Origin: an uncultured Gammaproteobacteria bacterium
Lineage (GTDB): Bacteria > Patescibacteriota > Microgenomatia > Daviesbacterales > UBA10151
DNA length: 64,000 nucleotides
NCBI GenBank assembly: GCA_964649615.1
Contig: CAZYPW010000001.1
Location: 33,557 to 97,556 of the forward strand
Reading direction: 5' to 3'
How positions within the stretch are numbered: the stretch's first letter is position 1; each line of letters begins with the position of its first letter. Made by a program: the position numbers and the translations under genes. The notes beneath the pieces are model-generated. The model worked only from the letters and a program-made list of their open reading frames with translations, had not been told where the DNA came from and ran no database searches. Below are positions 18,497 through 26,896 of the stretch, in pieces.

Positions 18497-18933
18497 AAAT
18501 AGTCAACAAAAAGGCCCTACATAATTATCACATTTTAGAATCTTTGGAGGCAGGCATAGTGCTTTCTGGTTCAGAAGTCAAATCCATTAGGGCAGGCAGG
18601 ATAGATTTATCCCAGGCCCATGCCAGAATTTTAAATGGGGAAGCATTTTTACTGAATGCCAATATTGCCAGGTTTGCCCAAAGCAGTGAGCAAACCTATG
18701 ACGGCACAAAATCCAGAAAATTATTAATTCACAGAAGTCAGATTGACCAATTAGTAGGTAAAACCTCCGGTAAGAATGCTACCTTAATACCAATTTCTAT
18801 TTATGAAAAAAATAATAAGTTTAAAGTACAAATTGGCCTAGCTAAGCCTAAAAAAGAGTTTGATAAGCGCAGAGTAGTAAAGGAACGTGATCATAATCGT
18901 AGAATACAGCAAGAGCTTAGAGGAAAAGAATGA
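18493..18933 (+). CDS. smpB: SsrA-binding protein
   Basis: NKKALHNY, EAGIVLSGSEVKSIR, RKLL, DKR motifs; adjacent tmRNA. Confidence 0.95.
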   Translation: MKIVNKKALHNYHILESLEAGIVLSGSEVKSIRAGRIDLSQAHARILNGEAFLLNANIARFAQSSEQTYDGTKSRKLLIHRSQIDQLVGKTSGKNATLIPISIYEKNNKFKVQIGLAKPKKEFDKRRVVKERDHNRRIQQELRGKE

Positions 18934-18974
18934 ATATTTGCTTTTAGGCTCAGAATATGGTAATATAATGCAAT

Positions 18975-19382
18975 GGGGATGTATAGTCTCGACAGGTTAG
19001 CACTTTAAAAACTGCAAGTCGTTAAGGCAAAATTAAACGTTAAATATTTTTGCAAAACACAAACGGCAAGAATATTGCTCGTTCCCTCGCAGGTCAAGTG
19101 CAGGGCCTAATGGCTTTGCGCGGCCAAGGCAGCTTTGCTGCTTTAGCAGCCTAACAGGGTACTTTAGAATATATTCTCTTTCTGGCGGGATACTAAGGTA
19201 AGTACAAAGCCAGGATGCTGTTAATACAATTTTGATCGATCAGTATTAACAAAAGAAAGTTTGGTCATTCAGTAGTTTTCCTGCTAATTGGTTACAACTG
19301 CTGAATAAAAATTAATTAGCTAAACTTGTAGAAGTTTTTAAATTAATAGCTTGCACTCGGCTCACAGCCGACATCTCCACCA
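18975..19382 (+). ncRNA. ssrA: tmRNA
   Basis: GGGGATG...TCGAC 5' end, CATCTCCACCA 3' end (G3-U70); tag ORF 19065-19154 ends LAA-stop; directly after smpB. Confidence 0.9.
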
Positions 19383-19383
19383 T

Positions 19384-19409
19384 AAAAAGCCCACTGAAGT
19401 GGGCTTTTT
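19384..19409. terminator. Intrinsic (bidirectional) terminator
   Basis: AAAAAGCCCAC-TGAA-GTGGGCTTTTT. Confidence 0.85.
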
Positions 19410-19450
19410 GCGTGATTAGTTGCTTTACTATAAACTATGAACTACCAATT

Positions 19451-20146
19451 ATGAACTATCTTCTGGATATTTTATTTCCTAAAAAATGCGTGGGGTGTAA
19501 GAGAACTGGAAGCTATTTTTGCCAGAGTTGCATCAGGAATATTAAACAAGGTGATTTAGTTTGCCCAAGATGTGAGAAATTGTCAGTAGGAGGACAGACT
19601 CATCCGATTTGTAGAAGAAGATATGGTTTAGATGGGCTGTGGAGTTTAGGGATTTACCAGGATTCCTTAAGAGAGGCAATTAAAACCTTAAAGTATAAAG
19701 GAGTAAGAGAATTAGCAGAAAATTTAGTAAATATTACTTTGGAATATTGGGTAAAATATCAACCATTTATCTTAGACCAGATCAAAAAAGATAGAGGAGA
19801 AGGGTGGGTAGTAACTGCAGTTCCTTTGCATTGGTATAGGCAAAATGATAGAGGTTTTAACCAATCTTCTTTAATTTCTCAGATGTTTGCCCAAAAATTA
19901 GGATTAAATTATGCTAAGGCCTTAAAAAGGATTCGTTTTACTAAGTCCCAGGTAAAACTTAAAGGTAAACAAAGAAAAGATAATATTTCCGGTGCGTTTG
20001 CATTATCTACAAACTACCCACTACAAACTACCAACTGCTTACTTATTGATGATGTTTGGACCACAGGTTCTACTATCAAAGAGTGTTGTTATATTTTAAA
20101 AAGAAACGGAGCCAAAAAGGTCTGGGGAATAACTTTGGCTAGATAA
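19451..20146 (+). CDS. comF: ComF-family phosphoribosyltransferase-like competence protein
   Basis: Double Zn ribbon, RGFNQS, LLIDDVWTTGST. Confidence 0.9.
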   Translation: MNYLLDILFPKKCVGCKRTGSYFCQSCIRNIKQGDLVCPRCEKLSVGGQTHPICRRRYGLDGLWSLGIYQDSLREAIKTLKYKGVRELAENLVNITLEYWVKYQPFILDQIKKDRGEGWVVTAVPLHWYRQNDRGFNQSSLISQMFAQKLGLNYAKALKRIRFTKSQVKLKGKQRKDNISGAFALSTNYPLQTTNCLLIDDVWTTGSTIKECCYILKRNGAKKVWGITLAR

Positions 20147-20180
20147 CCAATATTCATTCTGGTAAAATTAAGCTCAACGA

Positions 20181-20267
20181 GGTGGGTTGTCCGAGTGGTT
20201 TAAGGAGACGGTTCGCTAAACCGTTGGCAGAAATGTCACACAGGTTCGAATCCTGTACCCACCGCCA
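20181..20267 (+). tRNA. tRNA-Ser(GCT)
   Basis: Acceptor GGTGGGT/ACCCACC, G73, CCA; anticodon arm ACGGT-TCGCTAA-ACCGT; long variable arm. Confidence 0.85.
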
Positions 20268-20268
20268 A

Positions 20269-20356
20269 GGAGGGGTCGCCTAGCGGTTTTATGGCGGAAG
20301 TCTTGAAAACTTCTAGGAGCTGACGCTCCTCGTGGGTTCGAATCCCACCCCCTCCG
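20269..20356 (+). tRNA. tRNA-Ser(TGA)
   Basis: GAAGT-CTTGAAA-ACTTC; long variable arm; GGTTCGAATCC. Confidence 0.92.
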
Positions 20357-20395
20357 CACTTTACATAAGCAGTTTAAAAGCTTAAACTAAAAAGT

Positions 20396-20989
20396 ATGCC
20401 AGAAGCAAAAGCTAAAGGGAAAAAACAACAGGCTAAAAATATTAAAAGGGCTGTAATTGATCCTCATGCTTTCATCCCTAAAACATCAGAGACAGGGGAA
20501 GTTAAAACCTTGCTTGAATGGGAAGCAGTCTCCCGCCCTTTTAGGAAAAAAGACAGGTCTTACTATACTACCTCTGCAGTCATAGTAATTTTACTTTGTT
20601 TAATTCTGCTTTTAGCCAGTGAATTTTTGCTGATTGCAGTAGTTTTAGCCCTCACTTTTGTAGCTTATGTACTGGCTTTTGTTCCACCGCATCCAATCAA
20701 ATATAGAATCTCAACCCAAGGCATTACTATTGGTGAGGATTTTTATTTCTGGCATTTTTTAGATGCTTTTTGGTTTAAAGAAAAAGAAAAACATAAAATC
20801 TTGATTATTCAAACCAGCATTAGATTTCCAGGGCAATTAATGCTGGTCTTAGGAGACCAAAATGAGGAAAAAGTTAAAAAAATTGTGGCTAGATTCTTGC
20901 CCTATATTGAGGTGCCTTATAAATCCTGGATGGAAAAATGGTCAGAAGGACTGCAAAAACATTTCCCCCTGGAAAACGTGCATCGGTAG
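20396..20989 (+). CDS. Membrane protein (DUF5673-like)
   Basis: LLEWEAVSRPFRKK, two TM segments, C-terminal beta domain. Confidence 0.6.
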   Translation: MPEAKAKGKKQQAKNIKRAVIDPHAFIPKTSETGEVKTLLEWEAVSRPFRKKDRSYYTTSAVIVILLCLILLLASEFLLIAVVLALTFVAYVLAFVPPHPIKYRISTQGITIGEDFYFWHFLDAFWFKEKEKHKILIIQTSIRFPGQLMLVLGDQNEEKVKKIVARFLPYIEVPYKSWMEKWSEGLQKHFPLENVHR

Positions 20990-20994
20990 ATAGA

Positions 20995-21028
20995 CACCTC
21001 GAAGGAGTCAAAGCCCACCTTCGAGGTG
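20995..21028. repeat. CACCT..AGGTG double palindrome
   Basis: CACCTCGAAGGAGTCAAAGCCCACCTTCGAGGTG; near reverse complement of 22305-22338. Confidence 0.8.
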
Positions 21029-21055
21029 AGAAAAAAATGTTAAAATACCCATGTT

Positions 21056-21131
21056 GTCCCTGTAGTTCAATGGATAGAATGCATGGTTGCGGTCCATGTG
21101 GTTGTGGGTTCGACTCCCGCCAGGGACGCCA
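21056..21131 (+). tRNA. tRNA-Arg(GCG)
   Basis: CATGG-TTGCGGT-CCATG; acceptor GTCCCTG/CAGGGAC; CCA. Confidence 0.92.
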
Positions 21132-21218
21132 GGTGGGATGCGAGAGCGGCTTATTCGGATGGTCTCGAAAACCAATCGAGGCGAAAGTCTCACGCAGGTT
21201 CGAATCCTGCTCCCACCG
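21132..21218 (+). tRNA. tRNA-Ser(CGA)
   Basis: TGGT-CTCGAAA-ACCA; long variable arm; abuts tRNA-Arg with no spacer. Confidence 0.9.
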
Positions 21219-21267
21219 CAGATTTAACTCTTGACAACCTGTAAGGATTCTGTAATAATTATTACAT

Positions 21268-21549
21268 ATGGCACAACTAATTTCTAGTGAAGATTTTACT
21301 AGCATTCAAAAAGCCCAGGCAGGTTTAACTAAAGTTTTCAAAAAAGCAGAAAAAGATAATAAATTTGTCAGGGTTATGCGTAATAATGAGCCGGTAGGAT
21401 TTTTAGTTCCTGTCAATGTTTGGGAGACTCTAATAGAGGATTTAGAGGCTATGTCCTCTGAAAATTATTTAAAAAGGATTGCCAAATCAAGAGCAGATAG
21501 AGTCCGCTATTCTTCAGCCCAAGTTAAAAAAATACTTGGAATAGACTAA
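21268..21549 (+). CDS. Phd/YefM-like antitoxin
   Basis: VMRNNEPVGFLV...WETLIEDLE; TTGACA promoter at 21231. Confidence 0.75.
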   Translation: MAQLISSEDFTSIQKAQAGLTKVFKKAEKDNKFVRVMRNNEPVGFLVPVNVWETLIEDLEAMSSENYLKRIAKSRADRVRYSSAQVKKILGID

Positions 21550-21648
21550 ATGTTTGATTATCAATTTACCAAAACTTCTCTTAAAAGATTTAAAAAGTTA
21601 TCAAAAGACATACAAAATGTTAACAATAGAAAGGATATTTATAGGTGA
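21550..21648 (+). pseudogene. RelE/ParE toxin with in-frame internal deletion
   Basis: MFDYQFTKTSLKRFKKLSKDIQ joined to NRKDIYR (RelE-type N- and C-termini), only 32 aa. Confidence 0.7.
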
Positions 21649-22043
21649 AACGTGAATTTTCTGCTGGAGGGATTGTATTTAATAAGGGAAAAGTGCTTTT
21701 AACCAAGCACTCACAAAACAAACACTGGAGTTTTCCCAAGGGTTTAACTGACGGGCAAACATTAGAGGAAGCTGCTTTAAGAGAAGTTAAGGAAGAAGGA
21801 GGGGTGGAGGCAGAAATAGTGGGTAAAGTAGGTTATAACAAGTATGTCTACATCTTAAATGGAGAAAAAGTATTTAAAGTAGTAACTTATTTTTTAATGA
21901 AATATCTATCCGGTGATCCCAAGGATCATGATTGGGAGGTTGAAGAATCTGGATGGTTTACTCCGGAGGATGCCTTAAAACAACTTACATTTTCCCAAGA
22001 CAAACAATTACTCAAAAAAGCTTTGGAAATATATGGCAAGTAA
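21645..22043 (+). CDS. NUDIX hydrolase
   Basis: WSFPKG...EEAALREVKEEGG Nudix box. Confidence 0.9.
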   Translation: MKREFSAGGIVFNKGKVLLTKHSQNKHWSFPKGLTDGQTLEEAALREVKEEGGVEAEIVGKVGYNKYVYILNGEKVFKVVTYFLMKYLSGDPKDHDWEVEESGWFTPEDALKQLTFSQDKQLLKKALEIYGK

Positions 22044-22659
22044 TTTATTTGTCTCCAGAGGTGGAGAAAAACTTCAAAAAGCGATTGACGATTTCCGATT
22101 AACGATAAACGATAAAACGATTTTGGATGTTGGTTCCTCAACAGGCGGATTTGTAGATTGTTTGTTGCAAAATGGAGCTAAAAAAGTTTATGCAGTTGAT
22201 ACTGCATATGGAGAGCTGGCTTGGAAATTAAGAAATGATCCAAGAGTTGTGGTAATGGAGAGAACCAATATTCTTCATTTGGAAAGCCTTCCTGAAGCTA
22301 AAAACACCTCCGAGGTGGGCTCTGACTCCTCGGAGGTGAAGAAAGTGGATCTAATAACTATAGATGCTGGTTGGACCAAGTTGGAGTTGATCTTACCTAT
22401 TGTTAAAAAGTTTTTAAAACCGGATGGTTTTATCATTGCTTTATTAAAACCCCATTATGAAGCAGATAAAAAGCTTTTAGTCAAAGGAGTTTTGCCTGTA
22501 GAAAAAGCTGAAATAATAAAAAATAAAGTGGTTAAAACGATTAACGATTTACTCGCTTCGCAGCGAGGCGAGCGATTAACGATAAACGATGTAATTGACT
22601 CACCAATTTTGGGTGGAGCAGGTAACAAAGAATACCTACTGTTTATAAGCAGAGCTTGA
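22033..22659 (+). CDS. tlyA: TlyA-family rRNA methyltransferase lacking the S4 domain
   Basis: FVSRGGEKL, LDVGSSTGGF, LKPHYE, SPILGGAGNKEYL. Confidence 0.85.
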   Translation: MASNLFVSRGGEKLQKAIDDFRLTINDKTILDVGSSTGGFVDCLLQNGAKKVYAVDTAYGELAWKLRNDPRVVVMERTNILHLESLPEAKNTSEVGSDSSEVKKVDLITIDAGWTKLELILPIVKKFLKPDGFIIALLKPHYEADKKLLVKGVLPVEKAEIIKNKVVKTINDLLASQRGERLTINDVIDSPILGGAGNKEYLLFISRA

Positions 22660-22683
22660 AAACTTCATTTAAAAGCGATGCTT

Positions 22684-22935
22684 TCAAACTTGTTTATTAA
22701 ACTTTGATTTAAAAAAATGTTGGAAATCCTTCAAAATCCCATCCAGTTGTTTAGTCCTCCAAAGATAGAAGATAGATATCAACCCAAAAAAATTAACTAC
22801 AAATATGGCCACAAACCAAAGTTTATCGCCCGCTTTGGCAGCTTTCCAAAGGCCAATCAATTTCCAAAAAACCTCCCAGACAATTAGTAAAATCAGGCCA
22901 CTTCCTGCAAAGTTCTCCAAGTTCCAGTTAAACAT
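22684..22935 (-). CDS. Small membrane protein (DUF5652-like)
   Basis: WKLIGLWKAAK...WFVAIFVVNFFGLISIFYL. Confidence 0.65.
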   Translation of the reverse strand: MFNWNLENFAGSGLILLIVWEVFWKLIGLWKAAKAGDKLWFVAIFVVNFFGLISIFYLWRTKQLDGILKDFQHFFKSKFNKQV

Positions 22936-23029
22936 AGATTTATTATACTTTAAACTTGAGCGGTCTCTTTATGAAAAAATTCATAGTGTCCTTACCCCAC
23001 CCGCCCGTGCGCTGTTTATAGGTTATTTA

Positions 23030-24796
23030 TTATTTTCCAGAGCTCGTTTGTGGAGTAGCTTGGGGAGTATTTTGTTGAGGTTTTTCAGGAATAAAAAAGC
23101 CCATCTTTCGTTTTTCCTCTCTAATAACGCCTAACTTTTTCGCAGTTGCCAACATTTCCTCAGTACTTACGGGTGCCCACTCTAAACCTTCCAATTCGGC
23201 CATAGTTTTTTCTTCGAGGGTTAAATTGACAAGATTAGCAAGGTCAGCCCCACTCATTCCTTCTGTTGCTTGACCAATTTGTGCAAAATCAATTCCTTCC
23301 GAGAACAGCTCACCAGATGCGGTAGCTGCTTTCTTCGCTTTCTCCATGTGAACTTTGAGGATAGCCTGCCTGCCTTCAGTATTAGGTAATCCCACTTGAA
23401 TTAGTTTATCAATTCTTCCAGGTCGTTTAAGTGCAGGATCAATATCTTGTGGTCTATTGGTTGCAGCGATTATAGTGACATTGGGATTTGCTCTCATGCC
23501 ATCCATATTTTGCAGAAGGGTAGCAACGACTTTTCGTGTTGTTTCGTGAGCATCTTCACGAGATGGAGCAAGGGAATCCAATTCATCAAAAAATAAAACT
23601 ACCCTACCCCCTTTTTTAACTGCATCATTGGCTAAGTCGAATACTTTTTGCATCAATCTTTCTGATTCACCATACCATTTTGTTCCAATGTCCGCAGCCG
23701 ATATTTCCAAAAATGCTGCATTGGCTTCTGCTGCCACAGCTTTCGCAATTAAAGTTTTTCCGGTTCCAGGTGGACCGTAAAACAAAATACCCTTTGGCCT
23801 TTTAACACCCCTCTTTTCAAACATTTCCGGGTGGTTGATTGCTAAAACCAGCCTTTTTGCTTCAGCAACTGCTGCATCTTGTCCGGCAATTTCATCAAAC
23901 GATGATGATTCTCGAACCACTTGGGCTTCAACTAAATGTATCGGGCTCTCTGTTTCCGTGCTTGCTACTTGCGTAAGAGCATCCTGATTAAGAATAGGTG
24001 GTCTGAATGTTATAGTTCTATCTTTTGGAGGCTCAACACCTGCTTCGTCATAAATGATTCCAGTAACTTCTTCATAAACTCTTGCATACTGCCGAAGATA
24101 GGAGATGAATTCTTGCTCTTTATCATAAGCAGCAGATGCACCTGTTTCATCACCGAGAGCTAACCTTCGAGGAGCAGCACGTAATGAAATTAGCTCTTCT
24201 GTTAAACCTCTTTCTAATTTAGGTAAGTCATACTTTTCCGCATAACCTGGTTCTGCGGGGTTTCTTTGACGATCTGCTTCCATTTGTTTTCGAATATGTG
24301 CCTCTTCTGCTTCACGACTGCCAAAACTCAAACCTAGCTCATATTGTTGCCCTTCACGAGAGAAAACCAATGAATGAATTGGTACACCTGAAATTGAGGG
24401 TTTTTGCTCCTGTCGAGTTGTGAACCCCTTCATTTCAAGCATTTTTTGAAGTGTCGTAATTCTCTCTGGCCCGTAGTATCCATAATCTGGTCTTTGACCA
24501 ACATCTGCCGCAAAGTGATACCAACTCTCAAAACTGTACTCATTTCCCTCTTGAGCACCCCAACTCCATAAGTCTGAATTGGTCGTTTCAATCAAAGTGT
24601 CCCCGATGTTATTATTATGAAGCTGCGCAAGATTTCTTGACCCTTTGCCTAGATAAACAGCCAACTTATGAATAATATCTGGTTGATAAACCTCAACTTT
24701 TATTCCTTTTGGCCTGCCTTCTGGACTTGGTGGAGTAAATTCTGGTGGTTTAACACCATCTGGCACTGCACCTGGTATCGGTTCTCCTGGATTCAT
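23030..24796 (-). CDS. AAA+ ATPase (CDC48/FtsH/proteasome clade) with unrecognised N-domain
   Basis: GILFYGPPGTGKT, FFDELD, ATNRPQDIDPALKRPGRID. Confidence 0.9.
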   Translation of the reverse strand: MNPGEPIPGAVPDGVKPPEFTPPSPEGRPKGIKVEVYQPDIIHKLAVYLGKGSRNLAQLHNNNIGDTLIETTNSDLWSWGAQEGNEYSFESWYHFAADVGQRPDYGYYGPERITTLQKMLEMKGFTTRQEQKPSISGVPIHSLVFSREGQQYELGLSFGSREAEEAHIRKQMEADRQRNPAEPGYAEKYDLPKLERGLTEELISLRAAPRRLALGDETGASAAYDKEQEFISYLRQYARVYEEVTGIIYDEAGVEPPKDRTITFRPPILNQDALTQVASTETESPIHLVEAQVVRESSSFDEIAGQDAAVAEAKRLVLAINHPEMFEKRGVKRPKGILFYGPPGTGKTLIAKAVAAEANAAFLEISAADIGTKWYGESERLMQKVFDLANDAVKKGGRVVLFFDELDSLAPSREDAHETTRKVVATLLQNMDGMRANPNVTIIAATNRPQDIDPALKRPGRIDKLIQVGLPNTEGRQAILKVHMEKAKKAATASGELFSEGIDFAQIGQATEGMSGADLANLVNLTLEEKTMAELEGLEWAPVSTEEMLATAKKLGVIREEKRKMGFFIPEKPQQNTPQATPQTSSGK

Positions 24797-24892
24797 ACAT
24801 CTATAATCTCAAATTTTCTCACAAGATTCAATGACGTTTCTAAACCTTCAAATTTCCAGTCCCACATAAATTTATTATACATGAAATTTAAG

Positions 24893-24977
24893 CGGAGAGG
24901 GAGGGATTTGAACCCTCGATACCTTGCGGTATACGCGCTTTCCAAGCGCGCGCACTAGGCCACTATGCGACCTCTCC
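24893..24977 (-). tRNA. tRNA-Ser(GGA)
   Basis: Reverse strand CGCG-CTTGGAAA-GCGCG arm; long variable arm; GGAGAGG/CCTCTCC acceptor. Confidence 0.92.
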
Positions 24978-25117
24978 AGTAATGTGTATTTTAACTTGTA
25001 ACTTGTAACTTGTCATCAATTATTCTCCGTTGATTTCGGGTCAGTTTTGGAATATAATTTGCCCAACAATCTCTAATGGTCTTCCTGATGGGTACGATTG
25101 GATGAATTGTTGAACAA

Positions 25118-26893
25118 ATGGATGAGAAAGAGCTAATTAAAGAAAAGTTAAATATTGTAGATTTGATCCAGGAATATCTTCCTTTAAAAAAGTCTGGTAT
25201 AAATTTTAAAGCCCCATGCCCTTTTCATAATGAGAAAACCCCCTCCTTTGTAGTTTCACCTGAAAGACAAATCTTTAAGTGTTTTGGTTGCTTAAAAGGC
25301 GGAGATATTTTTACCTTTTTGATGGAAAAAGAGGGAATGGAATTTAAAGAGGCTTTAGAAACTTTAGCCAAAAGAGCAGGAGTTCCTCTAAAACAAACAG
25401 CAGATAAAAAAGATGCTAGAGAAAAGCTTTATGAAGTTAACTTAAAAGCCCAAGAATTTTTCCACCATATTTTAACCAAGCACCCCTTAGGCAAAGAAGC
25501 CTTAGCTTATTTAAAAAGTAGAGGCCTTAAAGATTCATCCATTTTAGAATTTGGTTTAGGTTATGCTCCTAATTCTTGGGAATCTTTAGCTAAATTTTTG
25601 CTCAAGCGGGGATTTAATAATCAGGAAATTATAGCCTCAGGCCTGGGAGTCCCTTCTAAAAGAGGTTGTTATGATCGATTTAGAGGTAGAATTACCTTTC
25701 CTTTAATTGATGGCAAAGACAACCTTAGAGGTTTTTCAGGTAGGGTTTTGATAGCTTCTGAACCAAAATATATCAATACTCCCCAAACTGCCCTGTTTGA
25801 TAAAGGTAATTTTTTGTATGGATTAAATTTAGCTAAAGCTGAGGTTAGGAACAAAAAAGAAGCAATTTTAGTAGAAGGAGAAATGGATGTTATTTTATCC
25901 CATCAAGCTGGTTTTAAAAATGTAGTGGCTACCAAAGGCACAGCTTTAACTGAAGGCCAAATTGAACTTATTAAAAAATATACTGATAATTTATCTTTGT
26001 GTTTTGATATGGATTTAGCAGGGGATAGTGCTTCAAGAAGAGGCATTGAAATGGCAGATAAGCTTGGATTAAACATTAAGGTAATCCAAATTGAGGGAGG
26101 AAAAGATGCAGCAGAGGCTGTTTTAGATGATCCAAAATTGTGGCAAAAAGCAATTGAGGAGGCAGTCCCAATTTATGATTACTATATAGCCTCCATTGCT
26201 AAAAGATATGATTTAAAAAAGCCTGTAGATTTAAAACAAATAGGCATAGAGTTAATTCCTGTTTGGGCCAAAATCACTGATGATTTAGTTAGAGAACATT
26301 ATATCCAAAGGCTAGCCTCATATCTTAAAACAGATGAGGCAATTTTAAGGTCTGCTGTTAATAAAGCCAGATCAGCAGGGAAAAAAAGTTATAGTGAAGT
26401 ATTCAAAGCAGATAAAAAAGAAGATGATATAGTTTCTTCAAGGTCAAGGCGCGAGCTTTTGGAAGAATACTTAATTGTTTTATTTCTACACCCGCCAGCG
26501 GATTTAACTTTTGCCAGGTTTCCCATTGAAACTTTATTTTTAGAAGAAAGGTGGAGACAAATTTATGTTCTTCTGGTATTATACCTTGATTCAATTTCCT
26601 TTAAGGGAAAAGCTTTTTCTATCAATGAGTTTGTCCAAGGATTGCCAAAAGAAGTTTTAGAAGAGATAGACAGGCTATATTTAGTGCAGTTAGATGAAAA
26701 ACTGCTCCAGGATAAAACCTGGAATAAAGAAGTTGATGGGGTGGTTTCAGAACTGAAGAAAGCTTTAATTAAAGCCTCCTTGCAAAGGCTATCTTTAGAA
26801 ATCAGGCAAGCCCAGGAATTTGGTAAGATAGAATTGCTAGAAACTTTAAGTAAGAGATTTCGGGATTTATCAGTAAAATTAAAAAATCTATAG
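25118..26893 (+). CDS. dnaG: DNA primase
   Basis: CPFHNEKTPSF Zn domain, PKYINTP, VEGEMDV, FDMDLAG. Confidence 0.97.
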   Translation: MDEKELIKEKLNIVDLIQEYLPLKKSGINFKAPCPFHNEKTPSFVVSPERQIFKCFGCLKGGDIFTFLMEKEGMEFKEALETLAKRAGVPLKQTADKKDAREKLYEVNLKAQEFFHHILTKHPLGKEALAYLKSRGLKDSSILEFGLGYAPNSWESLAKFLLKRGFNNQEIIASGLGVPSKRGCYDRFRGRITFPLIDGKDNLRGFSGRVLIASEPKYINTPQTALFDKGNFLYGLNLAKAEVRNKKEAILVEGEMDVILSHQAGFKNVVATKGTALTEGQIELIKKYTDNLSLCFDMDLAGDSASRRGIEMADKLGLNIKVIQIEGGKDAAEAVLDDPKLWQKAIEEAVPIYDYYIASIAKRYDLKKPVDLKQIGIELIPVWAKITDDLVREHYIQRLASYLKTDEAILRSAVNKARSAGKKSYSEVFKADKKEDDIVSSRSRRELLEEYLIVLFLHPPADLTFARFPIETLFLEERWRQIYVLLVLYLDSISFKGKAFSINEFVQGLPKEVLEEIDRLYLVQLDEKLLQDKTWNKEVDGVVSELKKALIKASLQRLSLEIRQAQEFGKIELLETLSKRFRDLSVKLKNL

Positions 26894-26896
26894 ACT

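Noticed and set aside
20889-21305. ORFs 20889-21305, 20938-21234, 21008-21193 (also 24668-24958, 49082-49282, 52749-52940)
   Set aside because: They overlap tRNA genes and are shadow ORFs.
25065-25112. Riboswitch in the dnaG leader (CAACAAT...ATTGTTG stem)
   Set aside because: A hairpin is possible but I recognise no aptamer consensus.
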